A DNA stretch of 64,000 bases from Thalassobaculaceae bacterium (GCA_965228875.1 OZ245843.1:1284616-1348615), one strand, 5' to 3'; shown: positions 8,938 to 20,991, counted from the first letter of the stretch. Notes: generated by a model not told the origin, from the letters alone. Program-made: numbers and translations.

Positions 8938-8987
8938 CCGCCGTTCCCAGAGGCCCGTTACCTGAGGCCCGAGACCCGAGACCCGAA

Positions 8988-9482
8988 ATGACCCGAACCC
9001 GCTGGCTGATCCTCGCCCTGCTCTCGTCCCTCGCCGTCAACCTGTTCATCGGCGGCCTCGCCATCGGCCGCTGGGTCGACCACGGCTGGCACCACGCCGA
9101 CCGGCCGCACTGGCGCAACGGGCCGCCACCGGAGGGGCCGGGCCCGCGCTGGCTGCGTCGGATGGTGGGCGAGGACGGCATGCCGGCGGTCGCCGCCGTG
9201 TGGGAACGCCATCAGGCGCTGATCGACCCCTTGCGGGCGGAGGCCGACGCCGCCCGGCGCGCGGTGGCCGACACCCTGGGCGCCCAGCCGTTCGTGCGGG
9301 CCGACTACGAGGCGGCGCTGGCCAATATGCGCGCGACGATGGAAGCGATGCATGCCGCGACCCACGCGGCGGTCGTCGATGTGGTCGACAGCCTCAGTGC
9401 GGAACAGCGCGCCGCCTTCGCCGAACGGGCCAGGCACTGGGCCGACAAGCGCCGCGGTCCGCCGCCGCCCCCTGGCGATTAA
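8988..9482 (+). CDS. Periplasmic heavy-metal sensor-like (Spy/CpxP/ZraP-type) protein
   Basis: LLSSLAVNLFIGG TM, helical body, LSAEQR motif. Confidence 0.75.
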   Translation: MTRTRWLILALLSSLAVNLFIGGLAIGRWVDHGWHHADRPHWRNGPPPEGPGPRWLRRMVGEDGMPAVAAVWERHQALIDPLRAEADAARRAVADTLGAQPFVRADYEAALANMRATMEAMHAATHAAVVDVVDSLSAEQRAAFAERARHWADKRRGPPPPPGD

Positions 9483-9518
9483 TCGGTTGGGCGAAGCGGT
9501 CGGACCTGGCCGGCGGCG

Positions 9519-10358
9519 TCAGTTCAGGTCGGCATCGCCGATGACGCGTTCGCGGATCGCCTGCCACCCGGCCTCGTCGACCGCCGCCAGGATCCCGCCG
9601 TGAAGCTCGCGGGGGCTGTAGGGTCGGCCGTCCAGGCGGGCGGCGTGGCCGCCGGCCTCGGCATGGATCAGCAGGCCCGGCGCATGGTCCCAGGGCATGT
9701 TCTTCCAGTACACCGCATAGTGCCAGCGACCGGTGCCCAACTGGATGTAGTCGTACCCGGCGCAGCCCCGGCGATGGTGCCGGTCGCCCAGCACCGCGTT
9801 CGCCCGCTCGCGGATTCCGGCGCGTGCCGCTTCCGGGAAGAAGCGGAAATTGAACGATCCCTCCATCGCCGCGATATCGACCGGATCGGCGACGCGCAGG
9901 CGGGTCCGCTCCCCGTCCGACAGCATCCAGGCCCCCTCGCCCCGGGCGGCGACGGCGGTTCGCTTCTCGGTCGGCTGATGGATGGCGGCGGCGACGGTCT
10001 CGCCGCGCAGCGTCAACGCCACCATGACGCAGAACCGCTCGGATCCCTTGGCGAAGTTCTTGGTGCCGTCGACGGGATCGACGATCCAGACCGGCGCCTC
10101 GCCGTCGATCGCCTGCAGCAGGGAGCGGTCCTTCTCCACCGACTCCTCGCCGATAACGATCGAGCCCGGCAGCAGGTCGGGCAGGAGCGCGATCAGCCGC
10201 CGCTCGGCAGCCTCGTCGGCGACGGTCACCAGGTCGTTCGGCCCGGTCTTCTCGCGAATCTCCCCGTCGGCGAGGTTGCGCCAGCGCGGCAGGATCTCCT
10301 CCTGCGCGACCGCATCGAGCGTGGCGGCCAGCCGCTCGAGATCGACCGTTGTCATCAT
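9519..10358 (-). CDS. Inositol monophosphatase family protein
   Basis: DLVTVAD, IGEE, WIVDPVDGTKNF, PWDHAPG. Confidence 0.9.
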   Translation of the reverse strand: MMTTVDLERLAATLDAVAQEEILPRWRNLADGEIREKTGPNDLVTVADEAAERRLIALLPDLLPGSIVIGEESVEKDRSLLQAIDGEAPVWIVDPVDGTKNFAKGSERFCVMVALTLRGETVAAAIHQPTEKRTAVAARGEGAWMLSDGERTRLRVADPVDIAAMEGSFNFRFFPEAARAGIRERANAVLGDRHHRRGCAGYDYIQLGTGRWHYAVYWKNMPWDHAPGLLIHAEAGGHAARLDGRPYSPRELHGGILAAVDEAGWQAIRERVIGDADLN

Positions 10359-10391
10359 GGGCTCCGTCGGCGAACTGCGTTGGAAACGAGA

Positions 10392-10418
10392 AAGGGCCGG
10401 ACACACGGTCCGGCCCTT
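10392..10418 (-). terminator. Intrinsic terminator after groEL
   Basis: AAGGGCCGGAC-5nt-GTCCGGCCCTT followed by TCTCGTTT on minus strand. Confidence 0.75.
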
Positions 10419-10440
10419 CCCTAGCACGCTGTCGGCTGGC

Positions 10441-12436
<1,996 letters not shown>

Positions 12437-12475
12437 GGGGGCCTCCTCCATGCTCGGCCTGGGGATACGGCGGTG

Positions 12476-12502
12476 TTAGCACTCGCCGTCAATGAGTGCC
12501 GA
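12476..12502 (-). promoter_or_regulatory. CIRCE element (HrcA operator) upstream of groESL
   Basis: TTAGCACTC-N9-GAGTGCCGA versus consensus TTAGCACTC-N9-GAGTGCTAA. Confidence 0.9.
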
Positions 12503-12528
12503 GGGTATGGAGGCTCATCCGTTTCCTG

Positions 12529-13848
12529 TCAACCGACTGGCCTCGGCACCAGGTGGATCCGGTCGCCAAAACGCTTCTCACCGCGGGCCAGCGTATCGGG
12601 ATCGAGCCCAACGGTGATGGTCGAGCCGGTATCGTCGTCCGCCCGCTCGATGATGTCGCCGTGGGCATGGAGCCAGGCGACAATCTCGCCGTCGGCGTAG
12701 TCGACATGAACGGTGACCACCCGATGATCGGCCGATAGCACCTTGTCTATCGCGGCGACCAGATCGTCGATCCCCTCGCCGGTGACGGCGGAAACACACA
12801 CCGTCAGATCGTTCGACCGGCTCACCTCGTTGCGCAGGGTGATGCGGCGGTCATCGGGCAAGCGGTCGATCTTGTTGAGCACGTCCAGCATCCGGCCCGA
12901 TCTCGTCGTCTCGTCGACGCCGAGATCGCCGAGCACCGCGAGCACGTCGCGCTTCTGCGCCTCGGTATCGGGGTGAGAGATGTCCCGGACGTGCAGAACG
13001 ATATCGGCCTCGGTCACCTCCTCCAGCGTGGCGCGGAACGCCGCCACCAGGTGGGTCGGCAGGTCGGAGATGAACCCGACGGTGTCGGAGACGATCACGG
13101 TCCGCCCGCCCGGAAGATCGATCCGCCGCATGGTCGGATCGAGGGTCGCGAACAGCAGATCCTGCGCCATCACCGAGGCGCCCGAGAGCCGGTTGAACAG
13201 GGTCGACTTGCCGGCGTTGGTATAGCCGACCAGGGCGACGATGGGGAACGGCACCCGCCGGCGTGCCTCGCGATGCAGTTCGCGGGTGCGCTTGACCTCC
13301 TCCAGTTCCCGTCGGATCCGGGTGATCCGGTCGCCGATCAGCCGCCGGTCGAGCTCCAGCTGACTCTCGCCCGGACCGCCGAGGAAGCCGGCGCCGCCGC
13401 GCTGACGCTCCAGGTGGGTCCAGGACCGCACCAGCCGGGATCGCTGAAAGGTCAGCGACGCCAGATCGACCTGCAGACGCCCCTCGTGCGTACGGGCGCG
13501 GGCGCCGAAGATCTCGAGGATCAGCTGGGTGCGGTCGATGACCTTGGCGTTGAGCCCGGTCTCGAGGTTGCGCTGCTGCACCGGGGTCAGCGCGTGGTCG
13601 ATGACCACGACCTCGACCTCCAGAGCCTGGGACAGATCGCGGAACCGCTCGATCTGGCCGGTACCGAACAGCGTGCCGGGGCGCGGCCGGTTGACCGTCA
13701 GAACCTCCGCGTGCGCCGTCTCCAGGTCGATGGCGGCGGTCAGACCGACCGCTTCCTCGAGACGGGCCTCGGGGTCGCGCACGCCCGGGCCGTCCTCGTC
13801 CTTCGAGGGCAGCCGAGGATGCAGCACGATGGCGCGCGCCTTACCCAT
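12529..13848 (-). CDS. hflX: GTPase HflX
   Basis: HLERQRGG, GPGESQLE, VGYTNAGKSTL, LFATLDPT, DTVGFI. Confidence 0.98.
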   Translation of the reverse strand: MGKARAIVLHPRLPSKDEDGPGVRDPEARLEEAVGLTAAIDLETAHAEVLTVNRPRPGTLFGTGQIERFRDLSQALEVEVVVIDHALTPVQQRNLETGLNAKVIDRTQLILEIFGARARTHEGRLQVDLASLTFQRSRLVRSWTHLERQRGGAGFLGGPGESQLELDRRLIGDRITRIRRELEEVKRTRELHREARRRVPFPIVALVGYTNAGKSTLFNRLSGASVMAQDLLFATLDPTMRRIDLPGGRTVIVSDTVGFISDLPTHLVAAFRATLEEVTEADIVLHVRDISHPDTEAQKRDVLAVLGDLGVDETTRSGRMLDVLNKIDRLPDDRRITLRNEVSRSNDLTVCVSAVTGEGIDDLVAAIDKVLSADHRVVTVHVDYADGEIVAWLHAHGDIIERADDDTGSTITVGLDPDTLARGEKRFGDRIHLVPRPVG

Positions 13849-13926
13849 GACGCGGCCCGGCCATCAGCCGATCAACCATACCCGTCTCTCGTCTTGGTCC
13901 AGTCAAACCGCGACCGGCCACGGTCC

Positions 13927-14175
13927 TCAGCTGCCGCTGTCCTCGCCGGCGTCGAACAGCTGGACCGGGTGCTGCGGCATGATGGTCGAGACCGCGTGCT
14001 TGTAGACGAGCTGGGAATGGGCATCGCGTCGCAGCAGCAGACAGAAATTGTCGAACCACGTGACGATGCCCTGGAGTTTCACGCCGTTGACGAGGAACAC
14101 CGTGACGGGTGTCTTGTCCTTGCGGATCTTGTTGAGAAAGACATCCTGGACGCTCTGGCTCTTTTCTGCGGCCAT
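13927..14175 (-). CDS. hfq: RNA chaperone Hfq
   Basis: [27 protein letters not shown]. Confidence 0.98.
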   Translation of the reverse strand: MAAEKSQSVQDVFLNKIRKDKTPVTVFLVNGVKLQGIVTWFDNFCLLLRRDAHSQLVYKHAVSTIMPQHPVQLFDAGEDSGS

Positions 14176-14280
14176 GGTTTTTTCCTTCGCTCCTCAATCG
14201 GCTCGTCCGCGGGAATGGCGGCACCATTCTTTCGCAGATGCGAGATCGCCACGAAACATATACCGTGAAATCGTTTCGAC

Positions 14281-14937
14281 TCAACCGCGTAGCGCGCCAA
14301 GAAGCGCAGAACACCCAAAAAGATGCGCGGCGGGGGGGTGAGCGGTGAGATCCTCGGGGTGCGGATCGTCCGGATGCAGCAGCACCGGAACGCATCCGGC
14401 GGCATGGGCGCAGGCCAGATCGACCGCGCTGTCGCCGACAAACCACACCGCGGGACCGGCGGTCACGCCGGTGCCGTCGAGGGCCATATGGACCGGATCG
14501 GCCGCCGGTTTGTCCCGTGGTGCGTCCTGGGCGCCGAGTACCTTGTGGAAGTACCGGCTCCAGCCAAGGTGCCCGACCTCGCTGCGGACATAGCGCCCGG
14601 ACTTGTTGCTGACCACCGCCATCGGGATGCGGTCGTCGACAAGGGCGTCGAGCACGTCGACGGCCCCCGGCAGCGGTCGCAGGGTCTGCAGGTGAACCTC
14701 GGCGAAGGTGTCGTAGAACAGCGTCGCCGCCTCCTCCCAGCGCTCGCCGAACAGGACCGGGAAACTGTCGCGCATCGACCGTTTGGCCCTGGCCCGGACC
14801 GTCGGCTCGTCCCACGGCTCCTGTCCGAACGCGGAGAGCGTCGCCGCCATCGCCCGGGTGATCCCGCCCCAGTTGTCCACCAGGGTCGAATCCCAGTCGA
14901 ACAGGACCGCGTCGGGACGCGGCAGCGGACCGGTCAA
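14281..14937 (-). CDS. HAD family hydrolase (phosphoglycolate phosphatase-like)
   Basis: FDWDSTLVD, VSNK, KP, VGDS motifs; TTG start overlaps the upstream gene's TGA. Confidence 0.88.
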   Translation of the reverse strand: MTGPLPRPDAVLFDWDSTLVDNWGGITRAMAATLSAFGQEPWDEPTVRARAKRSMRDSFPVLFGERWEEAATLFYDTFAEVHLQTLRPLPGAVDVLDALVDDRIPMAVVSNKSGRYVRSEVGHLGWSRYFHKVLGAQDAPRDKPAADPVHMALDGTGVTAGPAVWFVGDSAVDLACAHAAGCVPVLLHPDDPHPEDLTAHPPAAHLFGCSALLGALRG

Positions 14938-15797
14938 GCGGTCGCCCCCTCCCCGGCGGCGTAATCCAGATAGGTTTGCCGCAGACCGGTCGACAGGGTG
15001 CCGGCCTTGCCATTGCCGATCACCGTGTCGTCGATCTGGGTCACCGGTGTCACGAAGGAGGTCGCCGAAGACACGAAGGCCTCGCGCGCGCGCTTCGCCT
15101 CGTCGACCGAGAACGCCCGCTCGACGAATTTGAGGCCCTGGCGGTCGGCGAGCTTCAGGATCGACAGCCGGGTGATGCCGTTGAGGATCTCGTTGGTCGC
15201 CGGCCGGGTCACCAGTTCGCCGTCCTGGGTCACGATCCAGGCGTTGCTCGACGTGCCCTCGGTGACATTGCCCTCGTCGTCCACCTGCCAGGCCTCGTAG
15301 GCGCCGTTCTCCCGCGCCTGCTGCTTGCCGAGCACGTTCGGCAGCAGAGCCACCGATTTGATGTCGCACCGCTCCCATCGGATGTCGCGGATGGTGATGA
15401 CCTTGACCCCGTTCTCGACCGTCTCGGGGCTCGCCATGGCGAGGCGTTTGGCGGTCATCACAAGGCTCGGCCGGGTGTTCTTGGGGAACGGATGGTCGCG
15501 GCGGGCGACGCCGCGGGTCACCTGCATGTAGACCAGCCCGGTCCGGATCCGGTTCAGACGGACCAGTTCCCGCATCACCGAGCGCAGGGCGCCGCGGCTC
15601 ATGGGACGGTCGATCCGCAGCTCGTCGAGCGACCGGTCAAGCCGATCGAGATGCGGCACCTCGTCGACCATCACGCCGTTCTGGACCAGCACCACCTCGT
15701 AGACGCCGTCGGCGAACTGGTAGCCCCGGTCCTCGACGTGGATCTCGGCATGGGAATGCGGCACGAAACGGCCGTTTACATAGGCGACCCTGGACAT
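14934..15797 (-). CDS. dat: D-amino-acid transaminase (class IV PLP aminotransferase)
   Basis: EDRGYQFADGVYE, RCDIKS, TEGTSSN, ILNGITR. Confidence 0.9.
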   Translation of the reverse strand: MSRVAYVNGRFVPHSHAEIHVEDRGYQFADGVYEVVLVQNGVMVDEVPHLDRLDRSLDELRIDRPMSRGALRSVMRELVRLNRIRTGLVYMQVTRGVARRDHPFPKNTRPSLVMTAKRLAMASPETVENGVKVITIRDIRWERCDIKSVALLPNVLGKQQARENGAYEAWQVDDEGNVTEGTSSNAWIVTQDGELVTRPATNEILNGITRLSILKLADRQGLKFVERAFSVDEAKRAREAFVSSATSFVTPVTQIDDTVIGNGKAGTLSTGLRQTYLDYAAGEGATA

Positions 15798-15843
15798 GGG
15801 ACCTCCGGCAGGACGGGTTCGATCTGAGGGACGTGGGCGGTAT

Positions 15844-17220
15844 CTAGAAGAAATCGAGACGGACGGCGAACAGTTTCTCGACTTTCTTCACCGCTTCATA
15901 GGTGGCGAATACGACGACCCGGTCGCGGGCCTGGATGACCGTGTCGGCGCGCGGCACGATGACCTCCTCTCCGCGCACGACGGCGCCGACGATGACGCCG
16001 TTGGGCAGCTTGGCGTTCTTCAGCGGATGACCGACCAGAACCGAGGTCTCCAGCGCCTCGGCCTCGATCACCTCGCCGAAATCCTCGCGCAGCGAGTACA
16101 CGCTGCGGATGCGGCCGCGCCGCACGTGCTGAAGGATGGTCGATACGGTGATCGCCCGCGGGTTGACCACCGCGTCGATGCCGAGCTGGGTGATGAGCGG
16201 CGCGTAGGTCGAGGCGTTGATCAGCGACACTGTGCGCTGACACCCCGAGCGCTTGGCCAGCAGCGAGCTCAGGATGTTGACCTCGTCGTCGTTGGAGACG
16301 GCGACGAAGGTCTCGGTCTGGGAGATGTTGGCCTCTTCCAGGATCTCCGGGTCGAGCACGTCGCCGTTCAGCACCATCGTCCGCTGCAGCGACTGAGCGA
16401 CCGACCGGGCCCGGGCCCGATTGAACTCGATCACCTTGGCGTTGACGCCGACGTGCTCGCGCTCGATCTCCTCGGCCAGGGTCAGGCCGATGTTCCCGCC
16501 GCCGGCGATGATGACGCTGCGCGCCTCCGGTTCCTCGTGGCCGAAGCTGGCGAGGGCCCGCGACAGGTGCCGGCTGTCGCAGACGAAATACACCTCGTCC
16601 CCCGGCAGCATCTGGTCCTCGGCCTTCGGGACGATGGCCCTTCCCTCACGCAGGATGCCGACGATGACAATGGCGAGGTCGGTGAACAGGCTGGTCAGCT
16701 GGCGCAGGGGCGTGTGAATGATCGGCGTGGACTCCTCGCAGCGCACGCCGACGACCCGCACCTTGCCGTCGGCCATCGGCACCACGTCGAGCGCACCCGG
16801 CACCTGCAGCCGCCGACCGATGGCGCGCGCCACCTCGCGCTCGGGCGAGATGATGACATCGATCGGCATGTGCTCGCGGGAGAACAGGTCGGCCCAGATC
16901 GGCAGCAGATAGTCCTGATTCCGCACGCGGGCGATCTTGGTCGGCACGTTGAAGATCGAATGGCCGACCTGACAGGCGACCATGTTGACCTCGTCGCTGT
17001 AGGTCACCGCGATCAGCATGTCGGCATCGCGCAGTCCGGCCTGCTCCAGGACGCTCGGGTAGGAGGCGAAACCGGCCATCGCGCGCACGTCGAGCGTGTC
17101 GCTGAGCTTCTGGATGAGTTCCGGCGACTGGTCGAGGACGGTGACGTCGTTGTTTTCGCCGGCCAGATGGCGGGCGATGCTGGTGCCGACCTGTCCGGCT
17201 CCGCAGATCACGACTTTCAT
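15844..17220 (-). CDS. trkA: Trk K+ uptake NAD-binding subunit
   Basis: Two RCK domains (GAGQVG, GGGNIG), 458 aa. Confidence 0.97.
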   Translation of the reverse strand: MKVVICGAGQVGTSIARHLAGENNDVTVLDQSPELIQKLSDTLDVRAMAGFASYPSVLEQAGLRDADMLIAVTYSDEVNMVACQVGHSIFNVPTKIARVRNQDYLLPIWADLFSREHMPIDVIISPEREVARAIGRRLQVPGALDVVPMADGKVRVVGVRCEESTPIIHTPLRQLTSLFTDLAIVIVGILREGRAIVPKAEDQMLPGDEVYFVCDSRHLSRALASFGHEEPEARSVIIAGGGNIGLTLAEEIEREHVGVNAKVIEFNRARARSVAQSLQRTMVLNGDVLDPEILEEANISQTETFVAVSNDDEVNILSSLLAKRSGCQRTVSLINASTYAPLITQLGIDAVVNPRAITVSTILQHVRRGRIRSVYSLREDFGEVIEAEALETSVLVGHPLKNAKLPNGVIVGAVVRGEEVIVPRADTVIQARDRVVVFATYEAVKKVEKLFAVRLDFF

Positions 17221-17244
17221 CGCTGGATTGCTTTCATTTCGGGC

Positions 17245-18642
17245 TCAGCCGGACTGACGGACCGGTTTGTCCGCCTGCTGGAGGCCCAGGGACTTCAACT
17301 TGCGGTGCAGGGCCGACCGCTCCATGCCGACGAAGGACGCGGTCCGGGAGATGTTGCCGCCGAACCGGTTCACCTGGGCCAGCAGGTATTCCCGCTCGAA
17401 GGTCTCCCGCGCCTCGCGCAGGCTGAGCCCCATGATCTCGCTGCCCTTGTCCCAGCGCAGGGCCGCGGGCGTTGCCGACCCGATCTCCGGCGGGAGCTGG
17501 TCGGCACGAACCGGATCGCGGGCGCCGCCGCCGGCCATGATCAGCATCCAGTCGACGACATTCCGCAGCTGGCGGACATTGCCCGGCCAGTCATAGGCCT
17601 GAAGGGCCGCGAGTGCGTCTTCCCCCAGCGGCCGGGCCGCCATTCCGCTGGCCTCCGACGACTGGATCACGAAGTGTCGGGCGAGCAGCGGCACGTCCTC
17701 GCGTCGCTCCCGCAGCGGCGGCACGCGGATCGGCACGACGTTGAGGCGATAGAAGAGATCCTCGCGGAAGCGGCCGGCGCCCATCTCCTGCTGAAGATCG
17801 CGGTTGGTGGCGGCGATCACCCGGACATCGACCTCGACCTCGGTATCGCCGCCGACCCGGCGGAACGACTGCTCCTGCAGGACCCGAAGGATCTTGCCCT
17901 GGGTCTCGAGCGGCATGTCCGCCACCTCGTCAAGCAGCAGCGTGCCCTTGTGGGCCAGTTCCAACGTGCCGACGGTGCGCGGCTCGGCTCCCCCCGGTTC
18001 CGTGCCAAACAGCTCCGTCTCCAGGCGATCCGGCGTCAGGGTGGCGCAGTTCAACACGACGAACGGTCCGTGGCTGCGCCGCGAACGTTCGTGGATCCGC
18101 CTTGCGACGATCTCCTTGCCGACCCCCGCGGGGCCGGTGATCAGCACCCGGCTGCCGGTCGGCGCCACCTTCTCGATCGAGGCGCGCACGACATTGATAC
18201 CGCTGGACACGCCGACGAGATCGCTGCCGCTGCCGGTACGCCGCTTCAACTCGTCGTTCTCGCGACGCAGGCGCGCGGCCTCGATCGCGCGCTGAACCAT
18301 GAACAGGAGGCGGTCTGCCTTGAACGGTTTCTCGATGAAGTCGTAGGCGCCCTTCTTGATCGCGGTGACGGCCGTCTCGATGGTTCCGTGGCCGCTGATC
18401 ATGATGACCGGCAGGCCGGGGTGATCGCGCTGGACCGCGCCGAGGATCCCGAGCCCGTCGAGCTCGCTGTTCTGCAGCCATATGTCCAGGATCACCAGCG
18501 AGGGCATCCGCCGCCGGATGGCCTCCAGCGCCTCGGTGGAGTTCGCCGCCTGACGGGACTCGTAGCCCTCGTCCTCAAGGATGTCGCCGATCAGCATCCG
18601 GATATCGGCTTCGTCATCGACGATCAGGATGTCATTGGCCAT
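17245..18642 (-). CDS. ntrX: Response regulator NtrX
   Basis: REC (ILDIWL), AAA+ lacking GAFTGA (ELFGTEPG), HTH GMERSALHRK; follows ntrY. Confidence 0.95.
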   Translation of the reverse strand: MANDILIVDDEADIRMLIGDILEDEGYESRQAANSTEALEAIRRRMPSLVILDIWLQNSELDGLGILGAVQRDHPGLPVIMISGHGTIETAVTAIKKGAYDFIEKPFKADRLLFMVQRAIEAARLRRENDELKRRTGSGSDLVGVSSGINVVRASIEKVAPTGSRVLITGPAGVGKEIVARRIHERSRRSHGPFVVLNCATLTPDRLETELFGTEPGGAEPRTVGTLELAHKGTLLLDEVADMPLETQGKILRVLQEQSFRRVGGDTEVEVDVRVIAATNRDLQQEMGAGRFREDLFYRLNVVPIRVPPLRERREDVPLLARHFVIQSSEASGMAARPLGEDALAALQAYDWPGNVRQLRNVVDWMLIMAGGGARDPVRADQLPPEIGSATPAALRWDKGSEIMGLSLREARETFEREYLLAQVNRFGGNISRTASFVGMERSALHRKLKSLGLQQADKPVRQSG

Positions 18643-20908
18643 GGGATACCAGAGCCGGGTTGGTTTCGTTCAGGACCGTCGGCGGGACTGAAAACACCAG
18701 ACTGACGATCGCGCCGCCCTCGGGACGGTCTCGCAGTTCGATCGAGCCGTCATGATCTTCCATGATTTTCTTCACGATGGCCAGCCCGAGGCCGGTCCCC
18801 TTCTCGCGGGTCGTCACGTAGGGCTCGGTGAGCCGCGAGCGCTCCCCCTCCGGCAGCCCCCGGCCATTGTCGGCGACCGTGACCGCAACCGCGCCGTCCC
18901 GGCGCTCTATGCGGACGTCGATGACCCCGGGCTCCGCCGATCCGCCCGGACCGTTCTGGCGCCCCTCGATCGCGTCGACCGCGTTTTGCAGAAGGTTGGT
19001 CAGCGCCTGGCGCAGCTGGCGCGAATCGCACCGCAGCACAACCGGTTCGTCGCCCGTCGCCACGGAGAGAGCGACGCCGCTGCGCGCACCGCGCTGCAGG
19101 TCGACGGCGGCGACCACGAGTTCGCGCAGGTCCTCGTCCCGCATCACCGGCGTCGGCATCCGCGCGAAGGCGGAGAACTCGTCGACCATGCGCCCGATGT
19201 CGCCGACCTGACGGACGATGGTCTCGATCATCCGCGAGAAGGTGTCGCGGTCGGACTCGATCTCGTCGAGATACTTCCGCTTGAGCCGCTCGGCGGAGAG
19301 CTGGATCGGGGTCAGCGGGTTCTTGATCTCGTGGGCGATCCGCCGGGCCACGTCCGCCCAGGCCGCCTTGCGCTGGGCCGACAGCAGTTCGGTGACGTCG
19401 TCGAACGTCAGCACGTAGCCGGTGATCGCCCCATCGGAGACCTCGGCCGAGAGGCGGCCATGGAAGGTCCGGGTCTCGCCGCTGTCCAGGGTGACCGCGA
19501 TCTGATCCGTCGCCTCGCGCCACGGCCGCTGGGCCACCTCCGCCATCAGCGGCGCGAACGACGGCAGGGTGTCGGCGAAGTCGGTGCCTAGCTTCTGCTC
19601 CAGGTCGGTGCCCAGGAGCCGGCTTGCCGCCCGATTGGGCAGGTTGATCCGGCCCTCCTCGTCGAGTCCGACCACGCCGGAGGACACCCCGCCGAGCACC
19701 GCCTCGGTGAAACGCCTGCGGTCGTCCAACTGGGTGTTGGCCTCGACCAGTTCCTCGTGCTGCGACTCGAGCTGCGCCGTCATGCGGTTGAACGCCCGGG
19801 TCAGGCTCGCGACCTCGTCCAGACCGACCCCGAGCGGCACCCGCACGGAGAGATCGCCGTGCCGGACCCGCTCGGCGCCGTCGATCAGCGCGCTCACCGG
19901 GCGGACCAGCCGGTCGGCAAGCAGCAGGCCGACCCAGATCGCCGCCAGCAGGATCAGCAGGGCCACGAGCGCGAAGACGATGGCGAAGGTCAGCTGGAAA
20001 TCGAGCCGGCGCCCCTCCAACTCCTCGTACTGGGATACCGCCTGCTGCGTGTCCTCGACCCGCGCCAGCAATGCAGGGTCGACGAAGCGCCCGACAAACA
20101 GGAAGGTGTCGACGATCTGATTGAGCGCGACCAGCGCCCGGATCCGATCGTCGTTCTCGCTGGTAATGATTACAACCTCGCCCCGGCGTGCCCGCTCCAT
20201 CGCGATTTCCGGCAAGGGCTCGAAATCGAAGGCGAAGGACAGGCCGGTGCGAGCGTAGACCCGGCCCGCGCCGTCGAACACCACCGCCTCGGTCAGGTTG
20301 CGCACCGCCGCCTGGGCGGTGATCACCTGTTCGAAACGCCGACTGTCCGACAGCAGGAAAGGCGCCTCGCGGTTGAGATCGTTGGCCATCGCCAGCACAT
20401 CGCCGCGAATTGTCTGGCGGTGCTCCTCGAGATAGGCCTCGGCCACCGCCGCCGACTGGGTGACCGCCGTCGACACCCGTTCGCTGAACCAGCCGCGCAC
20501 GCCGAGGTCGAAGAACACGGCCGAGAAGACCGACACGATCAGCGTGGGAATGACGGCGATCAGGGCGAACAGCAGGGCGAGACGGACATGCAGTCGGGCG
20601 CCGGCATGGCCACGGCGCCGCTCGATCCAGATCCGCACGAGTTGGCGGACCACCAGCGCGCCGAGGCCGAGCAGGAACGCGATGTTCAGATAGACGCAGG
20701 CGAGGACCAGGTCGGGATCGGGACCGAGCGGACCGGACCGCGTGATCGCAATGGCGGTCGCCGCACCGGAGAGGATCGCCAGCAGGCTGAAGGCGACCGC
20801 CAGCTTGCGTTCCAGCGCGACCCGCCGGGCCCAGCGCCGGAACACCCGCCACAACGCGAGGCGGGACGGCTCCGCCGCGGTATCGCTCACCATGGAGGGT
20901 CCGGTCAT
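18632..20908 (-). CDS. ntrY: Sensor histidine kinase NtrY
   Basis: TMs, HAMP, PAS, AWADVARRIAHEIKNPLTPIQLSAERL, HATPase; start 20908 or 20893. Confidence 0.96.
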   Translation of the reverse strand: MTGPSMVSDTAAEPSRLALWRVFRRWARRVALERKLAVAFSLLAILSGAATAIAITRSGPLGPDPDLVLACVYLNIAFLLGLGALVVRQLVRIWIERRRGHAGARLHVRLALLFALIAVIPTLIVSVFSAVFFDLGVRGWFSERVSTAVTQSAAVAEAYLEEHRQTIRGDVLAMANDLNREAPFLLSDSRRFEQVITAQAAVRNLTEAVVFDGAGRVYARTGLSFAFDFEPLPEIAMERARRGEVVIITSENDDRIRALVALNQIVDTFLFVGRFVDPALLARVEDTQQAVSQYEELEGRRLDFQLTFAIVFALVALLILLAAIWVGLLLADRLVRPVSALIDGAERVRHGDLSVRVPLGVGLDEVASLTRAFNRMTAQLESQHEELVEANTQLDDRRRFTEAVLGGVSSGVVGLDEEGRINLPNRAASRLLGTDLEQKLGTDFADTLPSFAPLMAEVAQRPWREATDQIAVTLDSGETRTFHGRLSAEVSDGAITGYVLTFDDVTELLSAQRKAAWADVARRIAHEIKNPLTPIQLSAERLKRKYLDEIESDRDTFSRMIETIVRQVGDIGRMVDEFSAFARMPTPVMRDEDLRELVVAAVDLQRGARSGVALSVATGDEPVVLRCDSRQLRQALTNLLQNAVDAIEGRQNGPGGSAEPGVIDVRIERRDGAVAVTVADNGRGLPEGERSRLTEPYVTTREKGTGLGLAIVKKIMEDHDGSIELRDRPEGGAIVSLVFSVPPTVLNETNPALVSHGQ

Positions 20909-20937
20909 GAGGTTCCGGTCATGAGGTTCCGGTCATG
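20898..20937 (-). repeat. 14-bp tandem repeat (about 3 copies) reiterating the ntrY start
   Basis: Minus-strand unit ATGACCGGAACCTC; ATGs at 20936, 20922, 20908. Confidence 0.85.
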
Positions 20938-20991
20938 CTGCCGCCGCGCCGATCGAACACAGTACCGCTCGTCGGCCCCGGCCGGCGCGGA

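Noticed and set aside
15796..18705. 969-aa plus-strand ORF and similar long antisense ORFs (4159-6297, 9982-12168, 33880-36393)
   Set aside because: Shadow ORFs opposite well-supported genes, expected in high-GC3 DNA; no recognisable motifs
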